Positions 46,403-57,308 of a stretch of DNA of 64,000 bases are shown here, piece by piece. Each line of letters starts with the position of its first letter. The first letter of the stretch is position 1. The DNA lies in assembly GCA_051599415.1 (NCBI GenBank), contig AP039690.1, positions 124,001 to 188,000 of the forward strand, written 5' to 3'. Made by a program: the position numbers and the translations under genes. This stretch comes from Savitreella phatthalungensis (Eukaryota). Under the pieces are notes generated by a model, which was not told where the DNA came from, made no database searches, and was given only the letters and a program-made list of their open reading frames with translations.

Positions 46403-46589
46403 AAAGCTGCCCTCGGGTTCCAACATTACAAACTGTCCCTAAGTCACTTGGGAGTTTCTTCACGTCAATCGTACAGCGCAGCAAGTCAGCAAATGCAATT
46501 CAATGCAATTCTACACATCATGAAGTCGTCACTCTTACAATCGTGCGTCATGTTCCAGTCATAGTCGTAGCCGTCATCGTGTGGTTGTA

Positions 46590-47411
46590 TCATCTTCCTG
46601 GGCGTGGTCGAGAAGCCTCTCTTGCAGCCTTCAGCTTGGCAAGATGCTCGCCTAACGTGTCTGCCAATAGCCCTCTTGCCTTCATCCTCGCTCTATCGAT
46701 CGCGTGCTGCCTATCCCCATCCTCCCTTGCCTTCTTCCTCCTCCCCGGCACCACCTCAACCCTCTTCTGCCCCCTCTTCTCCCCAACCACCTCTACCCCA
46801 TCATCGTCAGATGCAATCTCAATCACCTCCCCCTCCTCCTCCACCTCCACCGGCATCTCCTCCGTCCCCTTCCCACACCACGTATTATCAAACCGCCGTC
46901 TTGCTGCAGCCTCTCCAGCAGTCACCGTCGTCCCACCACGACCTCCTAGAACCTGCCCACCAGGACCGGTACCCCTGGCCCCCGCGATGGCGGCCGCTCG
47001 GGCCCATGCGAGTGTCGGTCGTGGGCGGGCTGGCGCTGCGTGCCGGGGCGGGAGCAGGGCGTAGGCGAGCGATAGGTCATCAAGGCGGCTGTAGAAGCGG
47101 GCATCGTGTGGAGAGACGTGGTTGTGGGCGAGCTCGTGCAGGAGCGTGGAGACGATGTCGTCAAAGGCGAGGAACTCCGACCGGTGGTGGGGCGACCGAA
47201 GTCGCAGTGAGATCACCTGGCCACGGTTCAAGTTGGTGCCGAGCAAGTTGGATTGGTGAGGGTAGAACTCACGCAGGCGGTGGACGTGCAGGTTGAACGA
47301 CCGGATGATTGGGGACACAGCACGGCATACGTCTTCCAGCAGTCGCAGGCCAGCAGCCGCACAAGGAAACGAGGAAAGGTGCTCCAGCCGAGCGATCGCC
47401 AAAGATTCCAT
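46590..47411 (-). CDS. WSS1: WLM-domain DNA-dependent metalloprotease Wss1
   Basis: LREFYP..LLG.N.NRG..I.LRLR, HELAHN..PHD..FY, SHP-like GQVLGG, SIM-like VIEIASDDD. ATG at 47411. Confidence 0.9.
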   Translation of the reverse strand: MESLAIARLEHLSSFPCAAAGLRLLEDVCRAVSPIIRSFNLHVHRLREFYPHQSNLLGTNLNRGQVISLRLRSPHHRSEFLAFDDIVSTLLHELAHNHVSPHDARFYSRLDDLSLAYALLPPRHAAPARPRPTLAWARAAAIAGARGTGPGGQVLGGRGGTTVTAGEAAARRRFDNTWCGKGTEEMPVEVEEEGEVIEIASDDDGVEVVGEKRGQKRVEVVPGRRKKAREDGDRQHAIDRARMKARGLLADTLGEHLAKLKAAREASRPRPGR

Positions 47412-47524
47412 CACCACATACAAGCTGTCAGACGGGGAAGCGTCTGTTTTTGCCAAGAGATGAAATATATAGCAAGAGAGGTGTCTGTGATGTTACAATG
47501 TGTCTATGTGGGGAATTTTTTATG

Positions 47525-48340
47525 TTAGAGGGGTTTACGCTTGCCGTCACTCGCCTCAGATAGCCAACCTCGGCGTTTGTCTTCCTTTCGAAGCTGCTTC
47601 TTCTGCTTGAACGCCTTGACTTGCTCCTTCGACCACCGGATCTTCTGCCGATCGCGTCTGAGCGACCGACCGTCCGATGTGAGAGGCGCAGTCGAGGGAT
47701 CAAAGAAGGCCGAAAGCTGTCTGTCAGCACGAGCGTCAGACGTGTGAAGCTCAGGTCGTCGGTGGGAGGGCACAAATTTGCCGTGCTTGTCAAAGTACGC
47801 AGTCACAGTGGGGACCACAGTGTCGGTCGTGGAGATCGATGCCAACCGAGGATTCTCCCAAGTCGTCTTGCCAGTAGAGCGGTTGTGGAAGTAGTACTCG
47901 CCACTTGCAGCATCCAAGATCGCCTCCCAAGCATCCTCAGATGTCTCGTGATCCCCGGCTGGTATATTTTGCTTGGTGACGGCTGAAGATTCTTCCGGAG
48001 TCTCGGGCACTGGCTCGTCCGGGAGCGGCGGTGGTGTATCAGCGGTCTCTGGAACCTGCTCGTCCGGTAGTGGAGGTGGATCAGGTGCTAGTTGTTCTGG
48101 CCGATCAGAGTGTAATCGCTCGGGTCCTTGATCTTCTGGTAGTGGTTCATCGGGCAGTGGCGGGTCAGGCAGCTCATCAGGCAGTGGCTCATCAGGCAGT
48201 GGCGGCTGATGTGTAGTTCCTGATTGGTTGTGTGTGCGTGTATCTAGCGCCCTTTGCTCGTGAAGTACACTTCTGCTGGTGACTGACTCGTCAAGTATTT
48301 GGTCGTCATCATCATCCCAGCGACTCTTGCGTTTGCCCAT
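47525..48340 (-). CDS. WW-domain protein with PPLPDE repeats
   Basis: RKSRWD, repeated PPLPDEP, WW domain (WEAILD..GEYYFHNRSTGKTTWENP), basic tail. Confidence 0.85.
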   Translation of the reverse strand: MGKRKSRWDDDDDQILDESVTSRSVLHEQRALDTRTHNQSGTTHQPPLPDEPLPDELPDPPLPDEPLPEDQGPERLHSDRPEQLAPDPPPLPDEQVPETADTPPPLPDEPVPETPEESSAVTKQNIPAGDHETSEDAWEAILDAASGEYYFHNRSTGKTTWENPRLASISTTDTVVPTVTAYFDKHGKFVPSHRRPELHTSDARADRQLSAFFDPSTAPLTSDGRSLRRDRQKIRWSKEQVKAFKQKKQLRKEDKRRGWLSEASDGKRKPL

Positions 48341-48632
48341 AGCTCATGAGAATGTCACGACTGTCCGAGCCTCCTTGCCAGCTGTTGTACAGGGGCTTAT
48401 AGAGAGAGAGAGTGTGTGTGTATATGTGTGGATGTGTTTGTGAGAGGCAGTGAAGTGCTCGTGCAGAAGATGCGCCGGCTCCACTAATTTCTTGATAAAT
48501 TTTCACCTGATTTTAATACACAAACACTCTTAACGCACGTCACACACGCATACACTCATACACTTACCCATACACTCATCCTCATATCGCTCTTCTTCCA
48601 AGTCATACACCCTCTCTTACATACGCGCAAAG

Positions 48633-48982
48633 ATGTCAGCACAAGCAAGACGCTCATCTACAGGTACAACCACAACGAGTAAATCTACTACCGGTGGACC
48701 GACTGAGAAACAAAAGCTAGAAGCAATGCTTGGAGACTGGTAAGTCTATTCTGGTCTGAAAGATAATATGGGAGCGAGCATCTGACACTCGTTCTTACCA
48801 GGGACTCCATCAACATGCTTGCCATCTCTGAGAATAAGGACGTCGAAGAGGTTCGTCTGGCACTCACTCATGGCTTTGACTCTGCTCGATCACGCTATCT
48901 TGGCTTCGATCACTCTGCTCGATCAGCCACTTCGAGTAACAATATCTCCACTGGAGCATCTATCAGCGCTCGTCCTTGTTGA
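48633..48982 (+). CDS. small spliced hypothetical protein (95 aa); exons 48633-48739, 48802-48982
   Basis: ATG after a CA-rich leader. Canonical intron GTAAGT..CTGAC..CAG joins MSAQARR..EAMLGDW to DSINMLAISENKDVEEVRLAL in frame. Confidence 0.7.
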
Positions 48983-49421
48983 GTGGATCACTCGATACGA
49001 AGACACATAAGAAAAGAATGGAGCTTGCCACCCACCTGGAGAAACGATTGCTGGAGTTGTTGCTTATACTGTGGCTGCTAATGTGCTCGTGCATTCATCC
49101 AAAAGAATCACGTGCACAATACAGAGAACGATCTACTCACGTGCACGAACAGTAACAATATACTGAACCACTCCAGGTCACACACACACACACGCTCATA
49201 GGATAACCTCAGGCAACACACCAGCACACCACTCTACATCTTTCACTCGGCTAGCCGCTGGTGTTGGATCTTGCTTAGAGAGCGCTGAATGTTTGATTGA
49301 CTCATCAATCTCGTAACACGCTCTGGAAAGCCATTATAGACAGTCCAGCGCACGGACGGGCTCAAGTTAAACTATCTCAGCAGCGCTCGAGCGCAGGTTC
49401 AAGCTGGCCTCAGACCCCTCT

Positions 49422-52388
49422 GTGTTTAAGGTGCCGCATTTGCCAGACAACAAGCGGCCTCCCACACCTCAGCATAGACTTCCGGACTTTGGAGAGCGCA
49501 TCCGAGCGTCATCACCCGAACGGCAAGCGCGCCAACGTTCGCGCTCGCCTGTGAAACGGCCCGCGCTTGACACAATCAGCGGTCATTACAGTGGCAGCAG
49601 TAATAGTAACAAGGAAGGCGATCGCATTGATAAGCAGGGATCGGAGCGCAGGCACAAGCGTGACAGCTCCATCACCAGCGCTGTAGAGCTCCTCGCACCA
49701 GGCGCTTCCGGCAATATGGTCGGTCGCACCACCAGCAATCCAGACCTGACCGATTCAATCGGTCTGACGCGCATGCAGCAGACTAAATCATCTGTCTCTA
49801 CCATGAGTGACATGAGCGACGACGAACGCAGACGAGTATCTACAGACAGTATCAAGGAAGGCCTCCTATCAGAATCAGGAAGACCTCCTGCATCACAGCG
49901 TGGTTGGCTTCCTCGCAGGCGACTCTTACTCTTGCTTGTTGCAGGTGGAGGTGCCTTGATCTGGCTCATCTGCCTTTTCACATATCTGGCTGCAGGACGT
50001 TGGCATGCGCCAGGGCATGCACCGACCGCACACACGCGCAGGCTTGGGTTTGAGGACTACCGTCACGGCCAGTTCTCTGCAATCATGGATACCGTCCATT
50101 GGACTGAGGATGGCGATCACGATGGCGTCTACCTCAGGCAAGACACAGACTCAATCCAGATGGTCAATGTTCAGACCGGGGAGTCTCACGCCTTCGTCCA
50201 CGCGGACGACATCACATGGCAGGGCAACACCTTAGAGTTCGACAAGTACTGGATCTCACCTGATCGTGCGTACGTTCTGCTAGCATCGAAAGTGTCTCGC
50301 GTGTTCAGACACTCCTTCAAGGCGCAATATTGGCTGCATGAGCTCGCAAGCAAGAAAACGAGCCCGTTGATGCCAGGCTCACCGGACGCCTTCATTGACT
50401 ATGCCGCGTGGTCGCCCTCTGGCCATTCTCTCGCCTTTGTTGCCGCCAACAACGTGTATGTGCGCACGGATCTCGAGGATCCTGAAGAGGAGCCAGCCAT
50501 GGTGACCGTGGACGGCCACGCGACCGTCTTCAATGGTGTACCAGACTGGGTGTACGAAGAGGAGATCTTCCAGACGAATAGTGCTATCTGGTGGTCACCC
50601 GACTCCTCGTCCTTCGTGTTCATGCGCACGGACGAAAGAGCTGTCCGGACATACGAGCTCGAATACTTCATCGGCGCAGACAAGGACTCACTCTACCCTG
50701 ATATCGAGCCGTTGAAGTACCCGAGACCTGGCACCAGCAATCCCGTGGTGGCATTGAAACACTATGAGCTCGAGACCGGCAAGATCCGTGATGTCCCCCT
50801 CACCGCAGACTTCGAAGCCACAAATCGACTTGTGACCGAGGTCAAGTACCTGAACGACCACCGCGTCCTGCTTCGTCAGACAAACCGCGACTCGACCGTC
50901 CAACAGGTCAGCGTGTACGACACTCGTGCTCACACCGACAAGCTCGTCCGTCGCTTGAATGTGACGGAGATCGACGGCGGCTGGTTCGAGGTCATGCGCG
51001 ATACTGTCCCGTACCAGGACGGCGGCTATATCGGTCTGGAGATCAGCGACGGCAACCTCCACTTGGCACTTCACTCCCCCGACAATCTCGGCGGTACCCC
51101 GAAGATGCTCACCTCTGGCGACTGGGAGGTGGTCAAGGGTGCCAGCAAAGTCGACACCGCTCGTGGCCTTGTCTATTTCGTGGCGACGCGGAAGTCTTCG
51201 ATTGAACGCCACGTCTACTCTGTCGACATTGCCACGGGCGAAATTCGAGCAATCACGGATGAGTCGAAGCCCGGCTACTTCTCCGTCAGCTTTTCGAAGA
51301 AAGCAGGATACTACTTGCTGTCATACCACGGTCCAGGCGTTCCTTGGCAGGAGATTCGGTCGGTCGATGACCCCACCTTCTCAAAAGTCGTCAATCGATT
51401 CGACAAGGTGCGCGAGCAGGTGGCCAAATTCGACTTGCCAATCCGCCGCTTCCACACCATCAAAGTCGACGGTTACGAGCTCAATGTCATGGAACAACTC
51501 CCACCGAACTTTGACGAGACTGGCAAGACGCACTACCCGGTGCTTTTCCGGCCTTACGGCGGACCGATCTCGCAGTCCGTGTCGAGGCGATTCGACGTGG
51601 ACTGGCACGACTACCTTGCGAGCGACCCGACGACAGAATACATCTCGGTTTGCGTGGACGGTCGCGGCACAGGTTTCAAGGGACGTCCACTGCGATCTCC
51701 CATCCGCGGCAAGCTAGGTTACTTTGAGAGTTATGATCAACTTGCAGTCGCACAAGTCTGGCGCGCGAAACCGTACACGGACAAGTCGAAATTCGCCATC
51801 TGGGGATGGTCCTTTGGCGGATACCTGACACTCAAGACCCTGGAGCGTCAAGCCTCAGCAGACCCAGACATCCTTAAACTCCTACAACTCTCACCGACTC
51901 CTGGCCGTCGACCACCCCCGGGGCTCGCAGGAGAGACCAAATCGGACCTCATTTTCCCATACGGGATGGCCGTGGCGCCAGTAACAGATTGGAGGCTATA
52001 CGACTCGGTCTACAGCGAGCGGTACATGGGTGTGCCTTCTAGTATCGGGGACGATGCTGAGAAGAGTGCAGTGGATTTGGCCTACGATGAGACCGCGGTC
52101 GGAAACATGACTTCCCTTGGTACGGCAACACGATTCCTAATTGCTCACGGCACAGGCGACGACAACGTCCATTTCCAGAACTCACTCAAGCTCATCGACA
52201 ACCTGAACCTGGCCAACGCACAGAACTTCGATACAGCCATCTTTCCGGACTCTGACCACTCAATCTACTTCCACAACGCGAACCCACAAGTGTACAGGCG
52301 TCTGACGACGTGGCTGCGTCGAGCATTTGGAGTCCGTGATCCTCACGGTGAGGATCGTGGATGGCGTCGTGACCCTGAGTCTTGGTAA
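49422..52388 (+). CDS. type II membrane dipeptidyl aminopeptidase (DPP-IV/S9B; Ste13/Dap2-like)
   Basis: TM anchor, DWVYEEE, YPRPG, GWSFGG, DDNVHFQN, DSDH. First ATG at 49716; true start unresolved. Confidence 0.95.
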   Translation: MFKVPHLPDNKRPPTPQHRLPDFGERIRASSPERQARQRSRSPVKRPALDTISGHYSGSSNSNKEGDRIDKQGSERRHKRDSSITSAVELLAPGASGNMVGRTTSNPDLTDSIGLTRMQQTKSSVSTMSDMSDDERRRVSTDSIKEGLLSESGRPPASQRGWLPRRRLLLLLVAGGGALIWLICLFTYLAAGRWHAPGHAPTAHTRRLGFEDYRHGQFSAIMDTVHWTEDGDHDGVYLRQDTDSIQMVNVQTGESHAFVHADDITWQGNTLEFDKYWISPDRAYVLLASKVSRVFRHSFKAQYWLHELASKKTSPLMPGSPDAFIDYAAWSPSGHSLAFVAANNVYVRTDLEDPEEEPAMVTVDGHATVFNGVPDWVYEEEIFQTNSAIWWSPDSSSFVFMRTDERAVRTYELEYFIGADKDSLYPDIEPLKYPRPGTSNPVVALKHYELETGKIRDVPLTADFEATNRLVTEVKYLNDHRVLLRQTNRDSTVQQVSVYDTRAHTDKLVRRLNVTEIDGGWFEVMRDTVPYQDGGYIGLEISDGNLHLALHSPDNLGGTPKMLTSGDWEVVKGASKVDTARGLVYFVATRKSSIERHVYSVDIATGEIRAITDESKPGYFSVSFSKKAGYYLLSYHGPGVPWQEIRSVDDPTFSKVVNRFDKVREQVAKFDLPIRRFHTIKVDGYELNVMEQLPPNFDETGKTHYPVLFRPYGGPISQSVSRRFDVDWHDYLASDPTTEYISVCVDGRGTGFKGRPLRSPIRGKLGYFESYDQLAVAQVWRAKPYTDKSKFAIWGWSFGGYLTLKTLERQASADPDILKLLQLSPTPGRRPPPGLAGETKSDLIFPYGMAVAPVTDWRLYDSVYSERYMGVPSSIGDDAEKSAVDLAYDETAVGNMTSLGTATRFLIAHGTGDDNVHFQNSLKLIDNLNLANAQNFDTAIFPDSDHSIYFHNANPQVYRRLTTWLRRAFGVRDPHGEDRGWRRDPESW

Positions 52389-52409
52389 AAGACACCGATT
52401 TTTTTTCTT

Positions 52410-54431
52410 TCAATCGTACTTTGATTTCCAGATCCACGAGTTACCCACCTCCCCACGACCTTTCCCTTCCGCAAGCCTCAACAACCTCGCAGCCAGCGGC
52501 TTGTCCCGATCACAACCTATCCCTGCAAGCAAGCAATCTGCCAACTGCACACACGCATCCGCGTCACCCCACGCACCTGCAATCGACAGATACCTGACCG
52601 CGATCGCGCCATCAGCCTTGACGCCCCAGCCGCGGAGGTACGAGATTGCTAGCTCGTAGACTGCTGCTGCGCACTCTGTCTGCCTGAATTGCGACTTTTG
52701 AGGGTGATCGTGTTGTTTTGGCGACGATTGTAGATCGTGTTTAGAAGGAGCTAGTGATCCCAATAGATCTCTATCGAACGCTCTCCTATCCTTCTTGGTC
52801 GTTCCGACGGGCGTCGAGATAGACACATCCACCGCCTTCTTCAACCACGCCACACTAGCTCCCACATCCTGACGAACACCCCAGCCATGTCGGAGCGCAA
52901 GACCATAGAACATGCACGCCTGCAGATCGCCACCGGCGGCAGCGACGGCGAAATGGTGAGTCGATCGGTGGAGGTGGTCTCTTTCGTGCAGCCAGACGCC
53001 CAGACTCAAGTGGTCGCCAGCATCCATTGCAGCATCAGGCAACGATGACAACCTCGACATCCGCTCATCGTACGCCCGAGCGTCCATCGCCGAGGTCCCA
53101 CCAGCCGCTGCTGCAGGAGATCCAGATGGTCCCGACGGCGTTCGAGGAGAGTTCGTTACGCTATTACGGCTCTCGTCGCGTGAGATGCGGGAGGGGGGTG
53201 GGAGATGGTCTGTGGAGTTCTGACGACTGGTGGTGGTGGTGGAGGTGGGGTGTTGTCTGCGTGAGATGGAGTGGCCACGCTGCATCGGTGGAGACTGCGT
53301 CTTGATCGGGTGGGAGAGCGTCGGTGGGTCTGGGAGAGGATCTCGTGGGGACGTGAGGCGCGGGGAGTCCTTTCGCGACTGGGACAGTCGGCGGAAGAAG
53401 CCTGGGGTGGCAGTGTTGGTCGATTGGGTCACGGCTCGTGGGGAGACGGTAGGGTCGGAAGCCTGACGCTGTGCTGGAGATCGATTCGATGGAGGTGCGA
53501 ACGTGGAGCCTAGTGGTGATGAGGCATGTCTGCCGGTCATGCGCTGAGCAGCAGTCGTCTGTCTTAAATGATCGAGATTGCGCGTGCGAGAGTCTGAGGA
53601 GCTGGATCTCGACTTTAAGGCTGGCGGCCGAGGTTTTGAGGATGATGAAAGGCTTTGATTTCCTCGAAGTGCCGTCATTCGATCTCGCACAACGTCGGAT
53701 GTGGCAAAATGACTACCATCAATTCCTGCGCCATCTCGCTCGAGGTCAGCAGAGGGCTTTGTCGTCCAGCTGTCACCGATTACATCCCTGACAGAGGCGG
53801 AGTTGGCGGTTGCGGTTGCGTTTGCGCTTGTTAGGGTTGTATCTGGCGTTGTCGCTGCGTTTGTCCCGTAGTACGAGATGTCACTGTTGATTGATCGTCT
53901 ATCTTCGTCCCTGTCGCCATGTGCAGAAGGCTGTGACTCACCACGCGCGATATCGAGCTTGGCGATCGCAGTCGCTAGACTTGTGTCGCGCATGCTGTAG
54001 AGGGATGAGGTCTCGCCATCGTGATCGTCGTCGTCAAACTTTCGTGTCATCCAGCGCATCGAGTCAGCTTCCGAGAGCAGGGAAGCTCCATCGTCACTGT
54101 CCTCGGCTTGTCGGTGCCGTCGCTGCGCATGTTCGGTCAGATGCGCCTGGTGATGTTTCGGGAGGGACATGTTCGGGACGGCCTGGTGTGGGCCGCCTCT
54201 AGCAGGAGCATACGCATTCGAGTACTCCTGTTGCCTGGCCACGGGCGGCTGGTCGCGTCGATGATTGTCGCCACGATCATAGTCGCGTCGTCGCTGCTCG
54301 CCGAGCTGCCCATACAAGATCCTGTGCTGCTTTGTAAGTGCGTCAAGCGGAGAAAGGCCCCTGTGTCGGCCTGAGGCCATGTCGGCGGCATCGAAGGCTG
54401 TATGCTGTGCAAGTGGACCAGGGACCGTCAT
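52410..54431 (-). CDS. Sel1-repeat protein (Dsf2/Nif1-like)
   Basis: Disordered N-terminus, then HLSLGVWLHE, YGLALRHGWG, YELAISYLRGWG, GNSWIWKSKY. Start uncertain. Confidence 0.85.
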   Translation of the reverse strand: MTVPGPLAQHTAFDAADMASGRHRGLSPLDALTKQHRILYGQLGEQRRRDYDRGDNHRRDQPPVARQQEYSNAYAPARGGPHQAVPNMSLPKHHQAHLTEHAQRRHRQAEDSDDGASLLSEADSMRWMTRKFDDDDHDGETSSLYSMRDTSLATAIAKLDIARGESQPSAHGDRDEDRRSINSDISYYGTNAATTPDTTLTSANATATANSASVRDVIGDSWTTKPSADLERDGAGIDGSHFATSDVVRDRMTALRGNQSLSSSSKPRPPALKSRSSSSDSRTRNLDHLRQTTAAQRMTGRHASSPLGSTFAPPSNRSPAQRQASDPTVSPRAVTQSTNTATPGFFRRLSQSRKDSPRLTSPRDPLPDPPTLSHPIKTQSPPMQRGHSISRRQHPTSTTTTSRQNSTDHLPPPSRISRDESRNSVTNSPRTPSGPSGSPAAAAGGTSAMDARAYDERMSRLSSLPDAAMDAGDHLSLGVWLHERDHLHRSTHHFAVAAAGGDLQACMFYGLALRHGWGVRQDVGASVAWLKKAVDVSISTPVGTTKKDRRAFDRDLLGSLAPSKHDLQSSPKQHDHPQKSQFRQTECAAAVYELAISYLRGWGVKADGAIAVRYLSIAGAWGDADACVQLADCLLAGIGCDRDKPLAARLLRLAEGKGRGEVGNSWIWKSKYD

Positions 54432-55297
54432 CGTTTCTTTAACAAAGGCACAATGAGAGGTGTCTGCAGCGCTTGATTGTAGTCGCCTCGGGCTCTCCAA
54501 GAGTTGGGGCTTCAGAGGCCTGAATAGAGTTGATATGGATGCCCCAGTAAAGGTACGGGCTAGACGATGTGATTCTTATCCGTGGCGGTATTGTTGCGTC
54601 GGAACAGTGCAAGTAGATGAGCACGCACAAGGTCCGTGTACGAGGCTGTTGGGCGCGTGCGTACAGCGTGCGAGGATTAGGTGCGCACGTGGATGGACTC
54701 TTCTGGCTGGGCCTTGTGCCAGGGTCTGGGCACTGATCGCGCGTTTGTGAGAGGTGTCGCGCACTTGGGAATGCAAGAACGCCGGTTCCGGGTGTATCGA
54801 CGGAGGAAGAGCAGGAGATGAAGCAGATAGATGTCGGGGTAAGTGGTAGATGTCGTTGAGGGTGACCTTGACTAGTGCTTCGTATACGTATGCACGTAGA
54901 TCCCTACCGTCTGGTCTGGTCTTGCCTTGATCCACACGGACATCAACCCACCTCCTTTGTTTAAAACTCCGGACGAGTTATTTCGATCTGACTGAGGTCA
55001 GGAGTGTTTGTACCACATCCATCAACCAACGGAGACGCGTGTGATGTAAACTATAAATAGAATCAACTCACAAACAGTCCTGCTCGCCATCCATCCTCCT
55101 TACCTTCCATTCTTTACAGCGGACAGCAAGAGTGAGAGTTCTCTATGATGACATGAGTACTAGATTGGCATTGGACGTAAAAAGGGAACTTTTGGGCGGC
55201 AAGAAGGCCTCTGACTATCTACATACCAGGGCATGGAGGTCGACTGAAGTTCGCATTCTGTGTTGACTTGAGTATATTTGACCTGCAGCCTAGTTCA

Positions 55298-56080
55298 TCA
55301 GACGAGAAGAACGGCATTGACGCATCCATCGTTTTCAGGATTGTTGGTTACCTGTGCGTACTTTCCCCAGACGACTTTTCCCGAGGCTGTGACCATGCCT
55401 AGCTCGGACACGTTGACCTCGATGACTGTACCCTTTGTGAGGACGCCTAGCTGTGTGTAGAGTGGTGACTGTGGGTTTTTCTTGACGCCGATTATTGGAA
55501 ACTGCATAGTGACTTTGAGTTCCGGGTGGGTGACGTTGGCCTTTTTCTGACGAAGACCCATCGGTCGGATGAACCGCTCGTACTTGACCGGTCTCCGTGT
55601 GAATCCCTCTCCGACAAAAGTAGCCTTTGTGATCATTCGCTTCCACGCCTTTGAGTTTTTCTTTCCCGTCTTGATCACCTTGAACATCTCGTCCTCTGCA
55701 ATGCCGCGCACCTTTGGGAGGGGCACTGCGAACTTTGCAGCCTTCTCCTTCCGCTTCTGCTTGACCATGTTGGAGAGCATCTTGGCTGATTTCTCTCCCT
55801 CACGGTCGAGCAGGTAAGCTGGAACTGCACCTTCTGGTCCTGCATCTGCAACTTTCTGTTTCGTGTTGCGCTCTTCATGCTGCTTGAGCGTCTTCTTCAG
55901 CTGGATCTTCTCGTTTGCCCGACGCTTATTGAGGATCTTTGCCTTGATTCCTGTCACCTTTTGTGCGTAGGCTGACTTGGAATGAGCCTCACGAGCCTCG
56001 CGCTTCCGTTTGCGTTCCTCATGGTCAAGGCGCTTACCGTACCGTTTCTGATGCTCTTCGATATAGTCGTTCTGAGGCAT
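55298..56080 (-). CDS. NSA2: ribosome biogenesis protein Nsa2
   Basis: [68 protein letters not shown]. Confidence 0.98.
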   Translation of the reverse strand: MPQNDYIEEHQKRYGKRLDHEERKRKREAREAHSKSAYAQKVTGIKAKILNKRRANEKIQLKKTLKQHEERNTKQKVADAGPEGAVPAYLLDREGEKSAKMLSNMVKQKRKEKAAKFAVPLPKVRGIAEDEMFKVIKTGKKNSKAWKRMITKATFVGEGFTRRPVKYERFIRPMGLRQKKANVTHPELKVTMQFPIIGVKKNPQSPLYTQLGVLTKGTVIEVNVSELGMVTASGKVVWGKYAQVTNNPENDGCVNAVLLV

Positions 56081-56726
56081 CTTGGGGAGAGCGCCAGCAA
56101 GGGCTAGGAACACGGAACTTGAAGGTTTTTCTTTGAGTTAGAAGGTGCGCGCTTAGTTAATTGACTCCTGGCGAGGCGCTCCAGTGATACTGGTCAGAAC
56201 GATTTGATGATTGACTTGTATAAGATGGCTAGCGAGTAGATCAGAGTTGTGTTTGAAGGGTTGATATGGTTGTTCCTGGTGGAGAAAGTACAGGAGTGGG
56301 TGTGACTGTAGAGTAAGAATATCCTGGTTCAGTTTAGTTGAGTTGAGTTGGTTACGTTTGTGCGAGGGGCGAATGTGAATGTGATACTCATTTATTTGAT
56401 CGAAATCCAGAAAATTCAATTCTGACAAACTTTTTCTTATTCTTTCTCAATTTTCTCTTAAATTTCAATTGGAATCTTAAATTTCTTCTCCAACTTCTGA
56501 GTTACATTGATCTGATCACGTGAATGATACGGATTTGTTTCTTTGATCTCAGGAGACCTTCAATCTACAGTCAAATCAGCATCCACACACACAGTACACA
56601 GTGTACCAGCTACACGCCATCTTACATCGGGAGTCTGTACAATTACTTCAATCTCCTTCAGATCCTGCAAAGGACAGGCTGGGAAGGTGCGCTCACTTGT
56701 GTGAATACTCAGTCATCGCACTCCGA

Positions 56727-56788
56727 ATGGATCGGAAACGGAAGCGGGAAGATGTCATGACGGCTGTACTGCCCTCTATCTCACCTGG

Positions 56789-56822
<34 letters not shown>

Positions 56823-57308
56823 ACCTCACCTGGTGCCGCACCTATCGCCACGCGTACGTCAGCTCTCTCACTACAGGGTCCGTTGCGCAAGCTGCGGAAG
56901 CGCACTTCTATCGACCGCGAAACTCCCACTCGCCAGCCAGCCATCCTTCCTCCGATCGTCGACGATTTCGTGTGCGTGGACGATGACAGCGCTCCACAGA
57001 CCGATGAATTGCTCACACGCCGTACAATGCACGGACGACGGTGTCACCGATGTAAACGTGCTCCCGTGACGACGTGTGTGAGCGTGCGCTGTGATTCTGT
57101 CGGTGGCTTCTGGGTAGGCGGGTCGCGGTTGCTGGTGTGCAGTGGCTGTGGGAAGGATACATGCCAGACGTGTATTCGGCTGTGCAGCGCGCACGGGTGT
57201 GATCGACTTGTCTGCTCACACACAGGGATCTGCAGCTTCGAGATCGCTGACGAGACCTTCTGTCCACACCACTACCATCGCCCCATCAATCACGACTACC
57301 CGGCATGA
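56727..57308 (+). CDS. Cys-rich putative zinc-finger protein with NLS and poly-Ala
   Basis: MDRKRKRE, (GCT)n poly-Ala, C-terminal CHRC..CSGC..CQTC..C..C..C..C..CPHH. Confidence 0.75.

Noticed and set aside
55145..55214. ATGATGA...CTGA as a C/D snoRNA
   Set aside because: No C'/D' pair, terminal stem or recognisable guide.
56301..56308. Homol-D box (TGTGACTG) upstream of NSA2
   Set aside because: A single 8-mer that also occurs inside coding regions here; not found before RPS13.
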